Shown here piece after piece: positions 38,350 to 50,653 of a stretch of 64,000 bases of DNA. Position numbers and translations under genes: made by a program. The DNA is from Octopus vulgaris. Lineage: Eukaryota. The notes beneath the pieces were generated by a model that was not told where the DNA came from, made no database searches, and worked only from the letters and a program-made list of their open reading frames with translations. Location of the stretch: contig OX597817.1 in the NCBI GenBank assembly GCA_951406725.2, positions 25,296,001 to 25,360,000 of the forward strand, read 5' to 3'. Position 1 is the first letter of the stretch. Each line of letters opens with the position of its first letter.

Positions 38350-39735
38350 GGCCTTAGAGTCAACCTAGCAAAAGCCAAAGTCTTAATAAGTAGGAAGGCA
38401 GACAAGCCACAAATCCCTTCAAGTAATGATCCTGCTCGATCTGTAGAAAAGGCGTTGGTAGAAACTCCATAAGATGTAATCGGTGGTGCAGCAATATCAA
38501 AGGAAGACTAACTGGGAAGATAGCTTTTTGTGTGTGGCAAATGCTCAGGAGCAATAAACACTGAAAATGTGAAGAGAACAACTTCTGTCACATTCCAGGG
38601 GAAAAAATTAAAAGTAGTTGATAGCTTCTATTACCGAGGTGATCAAGTGTAGCTACTAGAATATGAATAGCCTGGGCAAAATTCAGAGAAATCCTACCTC
38701 TGCTGGTAACAAAGGGCCTCCCGCTCAGGGTAAAAAGTAGACTGCATGATGCATGTGTATGAAAAGCCATGCTACGTGGCAGAGAAACATGGGCCGTGAC
38801 TGCTGAGGACATGCGTAAGCTTGCAAGGAATGAAGCCAGTATGCTCCACTGGATGTGTAATGTTAGTGTGCATACATGACAGAGTGTAAGCACTCTGAGA
38901 GATAAGTTGGACATAAGAAGCATTAGATGTGGTGTGCAAGAGAGACGACTGCGGTGGTATGGTCATGTGTTGAGAATGGATGAGGACAGCTGAGTGAAAA
39001 CGTGTCACACTCTACCGGTTGAGAGAACCTGTGGAAGAGGTAGACATAGAAAGACTGGAATGAGGTGGTGAAGCATGAGCTTCGAACATTGGGCCTCACT
39101 GGGGCAATGACAAGTGACTGAGACCTTTGGAGATATGCTGTGCTTGAGAAGACCCGGCAAGCCAAGTGAGACCATAATCATGGCCTATGCCAGTGCTGTA
39201 TAACATTTAAGAGTACCCTTCAACCATTGGACAATAAACTACACTTGCGAAGACTTGTTGAGGCAAGTGAAATCACTGTTGTGACCGATGATAGTACTGC
39301 CTGATTGGTACCCATACCAATGGAATGTTAAAAGTACCATTTGAGTGTGATCGTTGCCAGAGCTGCTGACTGGCTCCTGTGCTGGTGGCACGTAAAAAGC
39401 ACCATTCGAGCATGGCCATTACCAGTGCCACCGGATTGACTCCTGTGCAGGTGGCATGTAAAAAGCACCATTTGAGTGTGGCCGATGCAAGTACCGCCTG
39501 ACTGACCCTCGTGCCAGTGACACATAAAAGCACCCACTACACACTCGGAGTGGATGGCGTTAGGAAGGGCATCAAGCTGTAGAAACTTTGCCAGATCAGA
39601 TTGGAGCCTGGTGCAGCCTTTCTGGCTCGCCAGCCTTCAGTCAAACCACCCAACCCATGCCAGCATGGAAAGCGGACATTAAACGATGATGATGATGAGG
39701 AGGAGGAGGAGGATGATGATGATGATGAGGATGAT
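38350..39735 (+). mobile_element. 5'-truncated RTE-clade LINE: decayed RT C-terminus plus repeat-containing 3' UTR and (GAT)n tail
   Basis: Peptides VNLAKAKVLI...CSICRKGVGRNSIRC, VVDSFYY, AWAKFREILPLL, AMLRGRETW and RRLRWYGHVLRM. The 3' UTR runs from about 39170. Confidence 0.9.
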
Positions 39736-39964
39736 ATGGTGCAAAATTGTACAAAAAAATTAACGATTAAGGGAACAACAAAGAAAGTATATAAGTTTGA
39801 TGCTAAAGAAAAAAAAATGAAAGAGTCTTCGACATTTTTAATCCTACGCTCTTGTACACGAATGAATGGTAATATAAAAAACTTGAAGAAGAATAAAAAT
39901 AGGAGAGAGAAAACAAATGTGGCATATATATGTATATATATATGTATATATATATATATATATG

Positions 39965-40153
39965 CGTGAGTGTGTTAGTGTGTCGGTGTTTGTCCCCCGA
40001 GCATTGCTTGACAACCGATGCTGGTGTGTTTACGTCCCCGTTACTTAGCGGTTCGGCAAAGAGACCGATAGAATAAGTACTGGGCTTACAAAAGAATAAG
40101 TCTCGGGGTCGAGTTGCTCGATTAAAGGCGGTGCTCAGCATGGCCGCAGTAAA

Positions 40154-40155
<2 letters not shown>
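39965..40155 (+). mobile_element. Family A SINE, 3' half
   Basis: Homology to family A body and tail. Confidence 0.85.
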
Positions 40156-40156
<1 letters not shown>

Positions 40157-40200
<44 letters not shown>

Positions 40201-40430
40201 TACATAGATAGATAGATAGATATAATCTTTGATCTCTGTATTGTGCTCACTTGGCACATCCAGTGACACCATATCAGTCATATATATATATATATAGAAT
40301 ATATATATATTATATAGAGAGAGAGAGAGAGAGAGAGAACATAACTAAAGCAACTTCAGACTAATTTCTCTGATATATTACCAACTATATGGAAGAAGTT
40401 TTACCTTTCATGTTCTTAAAGTGACACCAT

Positions 40431-40500
<70 letters not shown>

Positions 40501-40555
40501 AAAGTGTACGTTTTGTATTGAAAATGTATGTTTTGCGTTCTTGTCCCATAAACAC

Positions 40556-40610
<55 letters not shown>

Positions 40611-40638
40611 AGAGAGAGAGAGAGAGAGAGAGATAAAC

Positions 40639-40700
<62 letters not shown>

Positions 40701-41024
40701 TAGATAGATAGATATATACATATATATATATATAATTGTGTTTGGTTTCTTTATTTTGAAATTTGAATATATATTTGTTTACTATAATTTCTTTCCGTTG
40801 ATTATTCTGACAATACATAGTATCTTTAAGGTAATTTGTGTGCTTATTCTGGGCTATTTACTTGTGTTTATATGTTTATAGATGTCCTATATACATGCAT
40901 ATATATACATACATATTACATACATATATATATATATACAAATGTTCATGTATACACACACACATATTTATATATGTATATGTATATAAATCTATATACA
41001 TACATACATACATACATACATACA

Positions 41025-41060
<36 letters not shown>

Positions 41061-41069
41061 TATACATGC

Positions 41070-41108
<39 letters not shown>

Positions 41109-41150
41109 AATGTTCATGTATACATGAATATAAGTGTGTGTGTGTGTGTA
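40157..41150. repeat. Microsatellite cluster (TA, GA, GATA, TACA)
   Basis: Direct reading. Confidence 0.9.
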
Positions 41151-41482
41151 AATTTTCTAATATTACCGTTCGTGTCAAACTAGGAAGACAATCAATGTAA
41201 TGATGATAGATGCTTATTTATTTAATTTCAAATGATTTGTTGTTTTTATTGTCACCGTTTTATTGTTGTCCAATTCATTCATCATGGCTGTTGAATTTAT
41301 TACCTGTGTTATTGTTTGTGTTTGAGGATTGATTGTTGTTATAGGTGCTTATTTTATCACATATGGATGTTATTAATGTTTCCTCTTGTTTATTGTTGCT
41401 GTAGATATTGTAATTGCCGCTGGTGTTGCTGCTACTACTGGTACGGCTATACCCCCTCGTTTGTCTTTGTGTTTAGTTAATA

Positions 41483-41870
41483 CTAGCAGTATCGCCCGGC
41501 GTTGCTCAGGTTTGTAAGGGAAATAACTATAAAGCATCTTTAGAGAGTTATAGCCAAAAAATAGCAAAAAAATGGAAAAAAAAATGATGGTAAATTTTTT
41601 TTTGAGAGTAAAAAAAGGTTGAGTTGCGTCCCCTAGACAGTCTGTGGTTTGTTTTTTTTTATTCTCGACCCCATGTCGAATTTATCGATTTTTTTCAGAA
41701 CTGGGGGAACTTTTCAAAATTTTCGCTGCGTTAGTTTTGAATTATGACATTGGGCTATGCGTGTGTCAAGTTTCATCAGAATCGGTTGAAAGCCGTGGTC
41801 AGGGTGAGGGTACGAGAAAACAGACACACAGAAACACGCACAGACAAACTGCCGTTTATATATAGAGAGA
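41483..41870 (-). mobile_element. Non-autonomous Helitron (about 390 bp)
   Basis: Minus strand begins TCTCTCTATATATAAAC and ends CCTGAGCAACGCCGGG (hairpin)...CTAG. It is inserted between A and T with no TSD. Confidence 0.85.
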
Positions 41871-41883
41871 TTACAACGAGGGT

Positions 41884-42263
41884 GGAGGCGCAATGGCCCA
41901 GTGGTTAGGGCAGCGGACTTGCGGTCATAGGATTGCGGTTTCGATTCCCAGACCGGGCGTTGTGAGTGTTTATTGAGCGAAAACGCCTAAAGCTTCACGA
42001 GGCTCCTGCAGGAGGTGGTGGTGATCCCTGCTGTACTCTTTCACCACAACTTTCTGTCACTCTTTCTTCCTGTTTCTGTTGTACCTGTATTTCAAAGGGC
42101 CAGCCTTGTCACACTCTGTGTCACGCTGAATCTCCTCGAGAACTACGTTAAGTGTACACGTGTCTGTGGAGTGCTCAGCCACTTGCACGTTAATTCCACG
42201 AGCAAGCTGTTCCGTTGATCGTATCAGCTGGGACCCTCATCGTCGTAACCGACGGTGTGCTCC
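41884..42263 (+). mobile_element. Family E tRNA(Arg-like)-derived SINE, 3' module type 1
   Basis: A box TGGCCCAGTGG and B box GTTTCGATTCC; head and centre are shared with 44573-44880. Confidence 0.85.
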
Positions 42264-42931
42264 TATTGTTGGCATAAAATGAGTTGATGTTATTGCCATT
42301 TGTAACCAGAATACACTACGATTCACTCATTTTGTCAGATTTCATTAAAGAAATACTTTCACATATTATCTGGCTGGGAAGAAATTTTACTTTTAGACAT
42401 TTTAAGACGTTTACATATTTTTGCCGAATAATTATTGCAATTTTTCCACGTGTTGTAAAATGGCTGTCACAGAAGTTGAATGAGATACTCGGCATAGAAA
42501 TAGTAGCAATAACAAAAACAAACACATCCCTAAATCATTTTCAATTGGAAAATCTTCAAAAACATAGATTGAGCTTGAAGCTTAGATAAACATTTACACA
42601 TGAAAATAAAATACCGGAATAATGTTGAGAATGTAAAGAATAAAAAAAAAGCAGCAGGAACAGCTGGAACAATAACACAAACATCAACACCACAATACTC
42701 TATTCATTTGTTAATGCTATGTTCCAAAAAGACAGACTCAGTTGGAGCCAGTAAGAGGAAAAGAAGTTGAAGTGGACATAGTATGACAGGATAGAGAGTT
42801 TTTTCCTGCCCATTGATTTTATCTAGGAAATATTGTCACACATTTCAGTTGTTTCAAAATGATATATGAGTCTTCAGAGTGCCACAGATTTATTTTAGGG
42901 GAGGCGTTGGACACTGTGCAAAGGAATATAT

Positions 42932-43346
42932 ATTTCTTTATTGCCCACAAGGGGCTAAACATAGATGGGACAAACAAGGACAGACAAGGGGATTAAGTCG
43001 ATTATATCAACCCCAGTGCGTAACTGGTACTTTATTTATCGACCCCGAAAGGATGAAAGGCAAAGTCGACCACGGCGGAATTTGAACTCAGAACGTAGCG
43101 GCAGACGAAATACCTATTTTTTTACTACCCACAATGGGCTAAACACAGAGAGGACAAACAAGAACAGACGAACGGATTAAGTCGATTATATCGACCCTAG
43201 TGCGTAACTGATACTTATTTAATCGATCCCGAAAGGATAAAAGGCAAAGTCGACCTCAGCGGAATTTGAACTCAGAACGTAGCGGCAGACAAAATACGGC
43301 TACACATTTCGCCCGTCGTGCTAACGTTTCTGCCAGGTCGCCGCCT
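42932..43346 (-). mobile_element. Family B SINE dimer within one TSD
   Basis: 17-bp TSD TGTGCAAAGGAATATAT at 42915-42931 and 43347-43363. Confidence 0.92.
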
Positions 43347-43676
43347 TGTGCAAAGGAATATATGTTGCATTGAATAGTCAAGTTATATTGAAGGTTTTAC
43401 TTGCTATTAAGACCGATGGTGAGGTAAAAGTATATATACAACTGATGAGTTGCTCACCTGCCTATCACTTTCTGTCACAGTACAAGCGTTTGAAGAAAAC
43501 TAAGGTGATTACCAGAGATATTGGCATGAGTGTCTACCCTTGCATTACGATATCTTTGAGCATGATAATGAACAAGTGGTGAGCGCTGACCTGTGGATGC
43601 CTGTATGGATATTCAACCTTAATAACCCTGAAGACAAGAAGATCATCCTTGAGTAGTACTGCATTGAGATCGATCA

Positions 43677-44090
43677 GACGCAGGAGTGGCTGTGTGGTAA
43701 GTAGCTTGCTTACCAACCACATGGTTCGGCTTCATTCCCACTGCAAGTGTCTTCTATAGCCTCGGGCCGACCAAAGCCTTATGAGTGGATTTGGTAGACG
43801 GAAACTGAACGAATCCTGTCGTATATATGTATATATATATATATGTGTGTGTGTGTGCGTGTGTGTGTGTGCGTTTGTGTGTTTGTGTGTCTGTGTTTGT
43901 CCCACCAACATCGCTTGACAACCGATGCTGGTGTATTTACGTCCCCGTAACTTAGCGGTTCGGCAAAAGAAACCGATAGAATAAGTACTCAGCTTCCAAA
44001 GAATAAGTCCTGGGGTCGATTTGGTTGACTAAAGGCGGTGCTCCAGCATGGCTGCTGTCAAATGACTGAAAACAATTAAAAGAAAATAAA
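43677..44090 (+). mobile_element. Family A SINE
   Basis: Near full-length homology to family A. Confidence 0.9.
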
Positions 44091-44572
44091 GACGGCGATG
44101 CAGGACAGAAGATCCAGTTGCAGCATCGGTGACTGGAAAGACCACCGCTTTCTACTTAGAGGAAAAGGAAAATCAAAAAAGAAAGAGTGTAGTGGACCGT
44201 AGCAGGTGCAGTTGTAAACCACAGTAGAAATGACTAATGATACAAGCCTTCACTACTACTGCTGATTCCAAATTTCACCAGTCGCAGATCAAGGCAAAGC
44301 TTGAAAGGAGACAAAGAAAATTCACTTTCTCATGCTGATAACTTAAACAGGTTGCAACAGTAACCAAGACGCTGAGGTAATTCTTCACCACAGGACCAGA
44401 CGGCACTTTAAGCATCAGCACAAACGAATCCTTTTGCGTGAACAGAGAGGACTCATCATTCCATTTGGTAACCATATACAGTTCCTGTTAGTTTTGTAAG
44501 CCGAATTATAATAAAGAAGAACCAGGATAAAAGACATTCCAGTTGGAAACATTATCCAAGCACAATGCAACG

Positions 44573-44880
44573 TTTGTTTGTTTGTTCCTTCTCGAGCCAT
44601 GCCTGGCTCATAAGGGCCGGTTTCCCGGTTTCCTTGGCGTATAGATTCCCCACCTGGACGGGACGCCGGCTCGTCGCAGGTGAGCTGCAAGATGCAGGAG
44701 GAAAGAGTGAGAGAAAGTTGTGGCAAAAGCGTCAGCAGAAGTTCGCTATTACCTTCTGCCAGAGCCTCTTGGAGCTTAGGTGTTTCGCTCATAAACACAC
44801 ATATCGCCCGGTCTGAGATTCGAACCTGCAATCCCTCGACCGCGAGTCCGCTGCTCTAACCACTGGACCATGTGCCTGCA
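44573..44880 (-). mobile_element. Family E SINE, 3' module type 2 ending in (AAAC)n
   Basis: tRNA head GGCACATGGTCCAGTGGTTAGAGC..GGTTCGAATC. TSD ACAATGCAACG at 44562-44572 and 44881-44891. Confidence 0.9.
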
Positions 44881-46256
44881 ACAATGCAACGAGATTCCCA
44901 TTATTCAAAGTTTTATTCTGTTTAAATATGGCAGGATGTGAGAGAGTTTCGCCAATTACTCCTAGCAGTACGAGTTGCTGTATGAAGGTATCTTCGTTGC
45001 CTTAAAGTAGGTATAGTCGTTGTTATCGCTGTTGCTGTTATTTATCCCCTGGTCAACTTCGATTGTGTAGACGCGTGAAAAGGCTTTCTAGCTATGACCA
45101 TCCTATCTGCTTCTTTTTATAAGACACAATGTTGTGCTCAAAGATATTCTACTGGATGAGCAACCTTGGCTCACTCAATATAGTGAGATAAAGCAGGATA
45201 CTGCAGCAGTAAAATGTAGTAGCAAATAGTATGTTATCTTGTAGTAGTGTAGACTTTACTATGAAGTATAGCGTTCTGGTGTATTTCAATACTTTATACA
45301 GTGTATGTATGAATTAATGCTTTAATACCAGAAAATATTTAAATATTCCTCTTATTTCCATTTAAACTGTTCAGTTTCTTCAGCTTGCTTCTTACTGCCA
45401 TAGGAGTTTAGTCCCGAGTGGTAATGTTAGAATTGGTTTTTATAGAATTTCTGATAACAGCATAAGGTAAATCTGCATGAAATGATATACGTTATCTTTT
45501 AGATATGGCTATCATGGTCATGATGATGTGTGCGCTATTGTGATATAAAATAGCAAAAGATTATAAAGATATTTTTCTCAGATGGCTTAAGCTATTTAAA
45601 AAATAATGCATTGATACTTGACATTGGAATATAAAAAAAAATGTCATTGTTACAGCATGAATTAACATAAAGGAAATATCTTTGAGTGAGTGTGTATATG
45701 CCTCTGTACATATCAACATAAGGCAGCATATCGTTCTCAAAGTATTTTAAATCAGTTTCTAAAACAGTTTTATTTATAGTTCATATACAGAACGATCGCT
45801 TCTTTTGTTTTCTCGATTCTGGTCAATTCCTATATTATGAATCGTTTGTTGTCCCAACTGGAGCAGATTACTCAAAATTAGGGCGTTTGAACGATCATAT
45901 ATGACTTTCACAATTATAAAATCTTGAGCGGTGCATGACTATAGCCAGTACTTAGAGGTCCTGGCGTTCTGGTTACAACAACTGTATATGGTTGCCATAT
46001 AGAATGACAAGTCCTCGCTGTTCATGCAAAACGATATGGTTCTACTATAGTTTAAAGCCCCGTCTGGTCCAATCATGAAGAATCACAGCTTCGTGATCGT
46101 TATTGCAACTTGTTCAAGGTGGCAGCATGAGGAAGTGCATTTTCTTTGCTTCCCTTCAGGCTTTGCCTTGGTCTGCGACCGGGGAAATTTGGAATCAGTA
46201 GTAGTAGTGAAGGTCTGCATCATTAGCCATTTTGCTGTGGTTACTACTACATCTGT

Positions 46257-46587
46257 GAAGGCGCATGGCTCAGTGGTTAGAGCGTAGAGCTAACGATTGT
46301 GAGGTTGTGAGTTCGATTCCCGTACCGGGCTGCGTGTTGTGTTCTTAAGCAAGACACTTTATTTCACGTTGCTCCAGTCAACTCAGCTGTAGAAATGAGT
46401 TGCGATATCACTGGTGCCAAATTGTATTGGCCTTTGCCTTTCCCGTGGTGTGGAGAGGGGAGGCTGGTATGCATGGACGACTGCTAGCCTTCCACAAACA
46501 ATCTTTCCCTGACTTGTGCCTGAGAGGGTAACTTACTAGGTGCAATCCCATGGTCATTTGTGACCGAAGGGGGTCTCCTCCTCCTCC
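46257..46587 (+). mobile_element. Family D SINE
   Basis: Homologous to 6057. TSD ACTACTACATCTGT at 46243-46256 and 46588-46601. Confidence 0.9.
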
Positions 46588-46601
46588 ACTACTACATCTG
46601 T

Positions 46602-46829
46602 TTCTTTATTGCCCACAAGGGGCTAAACATAGAGGGGACAAACAAGGACAGACAAACGGATTAAGTCGATTACATCGACCCCAGTGCGTAACTGGTACTT
46701 GATTTATCGACCCCGAAAGGATGAAAGGCAAAGTCGACCTCGGCTGAATTTGAACTCAGAACGCAACGGCAGACGCAATACTGCTACGCATTTCGCCCGG
46801 TGTGCTAACGTTTCTGCCAGCTCGCCGCC
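46602..46829 (-). mobile_element. Family B SINE inserted at the family D TSD
   Basis: A third copy of TACTACATCT lies at 46830-46839. Confidence 0.9.
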
Positions 46830-47319
46830 TACTACATCTACTACGGTCCACATATTCCTGTGAAAAAAATGCTACGTTTTCTATGTGTGTGAGTTGTTTA
46901 GAAATCTAATCTGTTTTGTTTGTTTAATTCACAAAGACTGAGCGAAAAGTACGGTGTTTACCATGCTTGCCTTTACGTATTGTGCGCTTCCTTTATAGCG
47001 TTTATAAATATTTATACATGATTTCCAAGTACAGTGAAATCCCTAGGATGACACTCCTCTTGAACATTTAAAAAGTAACGCCAACAGATAAGACGTGAAC
47101 AAGGAGAGCATTTCAGAATGCTGACTTTGTAGCTTTCTCGAAAAGAGAGGGTGGGTAAAATCGTTAGAGCGGGTTATGAACGGAAATGAGATACTTAAAA
47201 TTGGTCGATGATAGATGACTAAATCGGCTGGGCATTGAATGGAGGAGCAGAAAATATGCAGCAGAGAAGAAAGTGTGAGTAGAGAACACGTCGTATGTTG
47301 TATGGTATTTAATATACCT

Positions 47320-47552
47320 AAGGCGGCGAGCTGGCAGAAACGTTAGTACGCCGGGCGAAATGCTTAGCAGTATTTTGTCTGCCGCTACGTTCCGAGTTCA
47401 AATTCCGCCGAGGTCGACTTTGTCTTTCATCCATTCGGGGTCGATTAAAGAAGTACCATTTACGCACTGGGGTCGGTATAATCGACTTAATCCGTTTGTC
47501 TGTCCTTGTTTGTCCTCTCTGTGTTTAGCCCCTTGTGGGTAGTAAAGAAATA
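47320..47552 (+). mobile_element. Family B SINE monomer
   Basis: TSD GGTATTTAATATACC at 47304-47318 and 47553-47567. Confidence 0.92.
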
Positions 47553-47600
47553 GGTATTTAATATACCAATAGTCGTGTGTGTGTGTAGATAGATATATAG

Positions 47601-47995
47601 ACAGGCGTGGCTCTGGGCTGAGTGGTAAGAAGTTTGCTTCCCAATCACAGGGTGCACTTGTCTTTTACTGCGGCCTCGGGCCAACCAAAGCCTTGTGATT
47701 GATTTGGTAGACAGAACCTGGAAGAAGTCGATTTTTATGTGTGCCTCTCTGTGTGTGTGTGTGCTTGCGTACTTATGTGTGTGTGTTTGTATTCTTGTTT
47801 TTCCCAAACCACCCTTTCCCAACTGGGGTTTTGTGTACGTAACTTACTGGTTCTGCAAAAAAAAAAAAAAAAAAAGCGTAGAATAAATACCAGGCTTGAA
47901 AACAAGAAGTCAAAAGTAGTGGTCTCGATTCGTTCGAGTATAATTCTTCAAGGCGATGCTGCAGCATGACCGCAATTTAATAACTTAATAACAAT
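47601..47995 (+). mobile_element. Diverged family A SINE
   Basis: Degenerate homology to family A head, body and tail. Confidence 0.75.
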
Positions 47996-48089
47996 TTAAT
48001 ACAAGCCTACATTCACTCACTCACATATAAGTATGCCATGTCTGGTGTCTACAACAGATTTCAACCCCTTCTCATTCTCTACTCTTATA

Positions 48090-49601
48090 GACATGTCAGG
48101 GCCATGCCACTCAGTAATAACATTGTCTCCAACAGAATTGATGAAATGGGGCAAGATGTTGAAAACCAGCTTATTAAGACATTAAAATCACGAAAATTCT
48201 CATTTCAAATGGATGAATCCACATTTCGGGACAGTGATGACCTGTTATTGATTTATTTGAGATATTTTGAGCACGAGGCTTCTCAGGAAGAGATGTTGTT
48301 TTGTAAGTCATTGGAAACAACTACAACTGCAAAGGATATCCACAGCAAAACTTAAACATTTGGATGCAAACAAAATACCAAAAGAAAATTTACTGCCATG
48401 CGTGGCAGACGGTGCACCTGATATGATGGGCAAAAAACGTGATGCTTAAAAATGACGAAGGATGAAAACCCAAACATGTTGATTGTCCATTGCGTCATAC
48501 ACCGAGAAAACTTGGTTGCCAAGAAACTGTCCCCTGATTTTAATGATATTCTGCGAGCTGTGATTAAGTGTGTCAATAGCATTAATGCAAATCCCAAAGC
48601 CGAACGTCTTTTAAAGCGGTTTTGTGTAGATCAAAGTGCCGAGCATGTTCGATTATTGCTTCATACAGAAGTAAGGTGACTATCAAGTGGAAATAGCTTT
48701 AAAAGGTTCATGGAATTATTTGATAAGCTTAATGACTTTCTTATAGATAAATGTGAAATGAAAATGCTGTCCACAACGGATTAAAAAACGTTTATCAGTT
48801 ATTTGACAGACATCTTTGAGAAACTTGGAAACTTGAATAAACAACTCCAAGGTGCAAATAGGAAGCGTGTTGATGCGAAAGGAAAGGTTTTTGGATTCAT
48901 TACAGCCGTCGAAATATACAAAAAAAAAATTTTTTTAAAAGAAATTTCAGTCAGTGAAACTGGTTGAATAAATGCAAGATAACGAATGATGCTGCCACCG
49001 TAATTATTGACCGTTTGAATATCTTAGTAAAAGACCTCAACAACAGATTTCGTAATATGGAGGCAATGAATTTTCCCACTTGGCGAACTCAACCACTGTT
49101 GATTGACGTTTCTGATGCTGCAGTTCAATACCAAGAAGATTTATCAGAATTGCAACATGATGAATCAGTGAAGACATTGTTTAAATTGAAAAGTACAACT
49201 ACGTGGCTATGTGATGAGGTTGAAAGAACATACTCCAACATCTCTACATCAGCAAGAGAACTATCGATTCATTTTCTTTCGTCTTGTTGGTCGAATGTGG
49301 ATTCAGTGCAGTTGACAATTTGAGACAAGAGAAACCGGCTTGAAATTACAAAACGTGGCGATTTACGACTGAAAGCAACGAAATTGTCTCCGCAAATCAA
49401 GGATCTGTGCCGTATGCATTAGGCACAGGGTTCTCACTAAAGGAGTCGAGTTATCCGTTAGCCAACTAATTGAATTAAACATTGTGTTTCTACATTAAAA
49501 ATAAAATGTTGATGGGGCCCAGATTTTTGTTATTAAAATGTAGGGCACCTGAAAATTTGTTATTAAAAAGTGATGAACCGATAAAAGGCTGGGAAGCACT
49601 G
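48090..49601 (+). mobile_element. hAT (Charlie/Buster group) transposase pseudogene with right TIR
   Basis: Peptides MPLSNNIVSNRI...FSFQMDEST, ADGAPDMMG, VHCVIHRENL and LLLHTEVR*LS, with frameshifts and stops. Terminus GGCTGGGAAGCACTG is followed by ATTTAAAC (nnnTAnnn target pattern). Confidence 0.9.
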
Positions 49602-49987
49602 ATTTAAACGCTCCCGCCAATTCTGCCTATTCGATGCGACACACACACACACATTCGTGTGTGTCTATGTTACAAGCAATATATTTGATGATGTAATATA
49701 AGAGATACAAACAACTGGGGCTGAAATTGTCTTCTTGCCTTCTACTTCAACTGCAACTTAAAATGCAAAGATATAGCTGCTAAATGGAGATTGGCTTTTA
49801 GCCATAATGTTTTAATCGAGCTGGTACATGTATAACAGAAACGAAGAATTGACAGGCAAGAAACTGATATCTGATCAGATTCTGACCTATGTATATATAT
49901 ATATATATAAACTTACTTGGAGGAGATGAAACGAAACGAAACGAAACGAATCGAATCGACGCGAGGGAGCTCAGTCATACAATAATG

Positions 49988-50034
<47 letters not shown>

Positions 50035-50050
50035 CATCTAATATACATAC

Positions 50051-50086
<36 letters not shown>

Positions 50087-50616
50087 ACAACTCATATGGG
50101 GAAAAGAATGATTGAAAGAGTTTAAATCACGCGAGATCAACAAAAGGTAGGTTCAGGAATGTTGATAACGGTTCTTAGTGTATGCTATGCTATATATTCC
50201 CGGATTAATCATGATGTAACTCCGTAGTAATCATGTAAAGCAGGTTAAGGCTGTACATCATAGGTTAAAACCTAAAACTGAAAGAAAATGAAGGTGTACA
50301 GTTTGAAACACCTGTAAGTTCTAATCTTTACCTCTTCACTTTTTAAGCTGTTGTTATATGTTGTGATAAACCCGTTGGAAGCCATGTAACATGTTGCATA
50401 AGTTAAATACGATAACATGTTACACCAGCTGTTTTGGCACACTAACCTTACTATCTTTTCAGTGTCTATATTTTTTTATAATTTATTTCTTTATGCAAAG
50501 TTTACGATGTACCTCACATTTTTGCATGGAGCTTATTGATTGAAGTAGAGATGAATACACGTGCAATAAAACTGAGGTGATATGCGTGTGTGTGTGTGTG
50601 TGTGTGTGTGTATGAT

Positions 50617-50651
<35 letters not shown>

Positions 50652-50653
<2 letters not shown>

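Larger units (their letters stand above)
44190..46852. repeat. Diverged inverted repeat of about 300 bp (arm 1 about 44190-44490; arm 2 about 45975-46255 plus 46829-46852, split by SINEs)
   Basis: CCTTCACTACTACTGCTGATTCCAAATTTC..GTCGCAGATCAAGGCAAAGC at about 44250 matches the reverse complement of about 46160-46213, and GTGGACCGTAG matches CTACGGTCCAC. Confidence 0.8.

Noticed and set aside
40255-40735. Repeated GTGACACCATATCA-(TA)n-(GA)n-AC units resembling a repeat-spacer array
   Set aside because: Microsatellite-associated local duplication or assembly noise; no regular repeat-spacer periodicity and no cas genes in this eukaryotic DNA.
48065-48100. Acceptor-like pyrimidine tract and TAG just before the hAT transposase remnant (possible domestication)
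   Set aside because: The transposase has multiple stops and frameshifts and retains a TIR, so it is a dead transposon.
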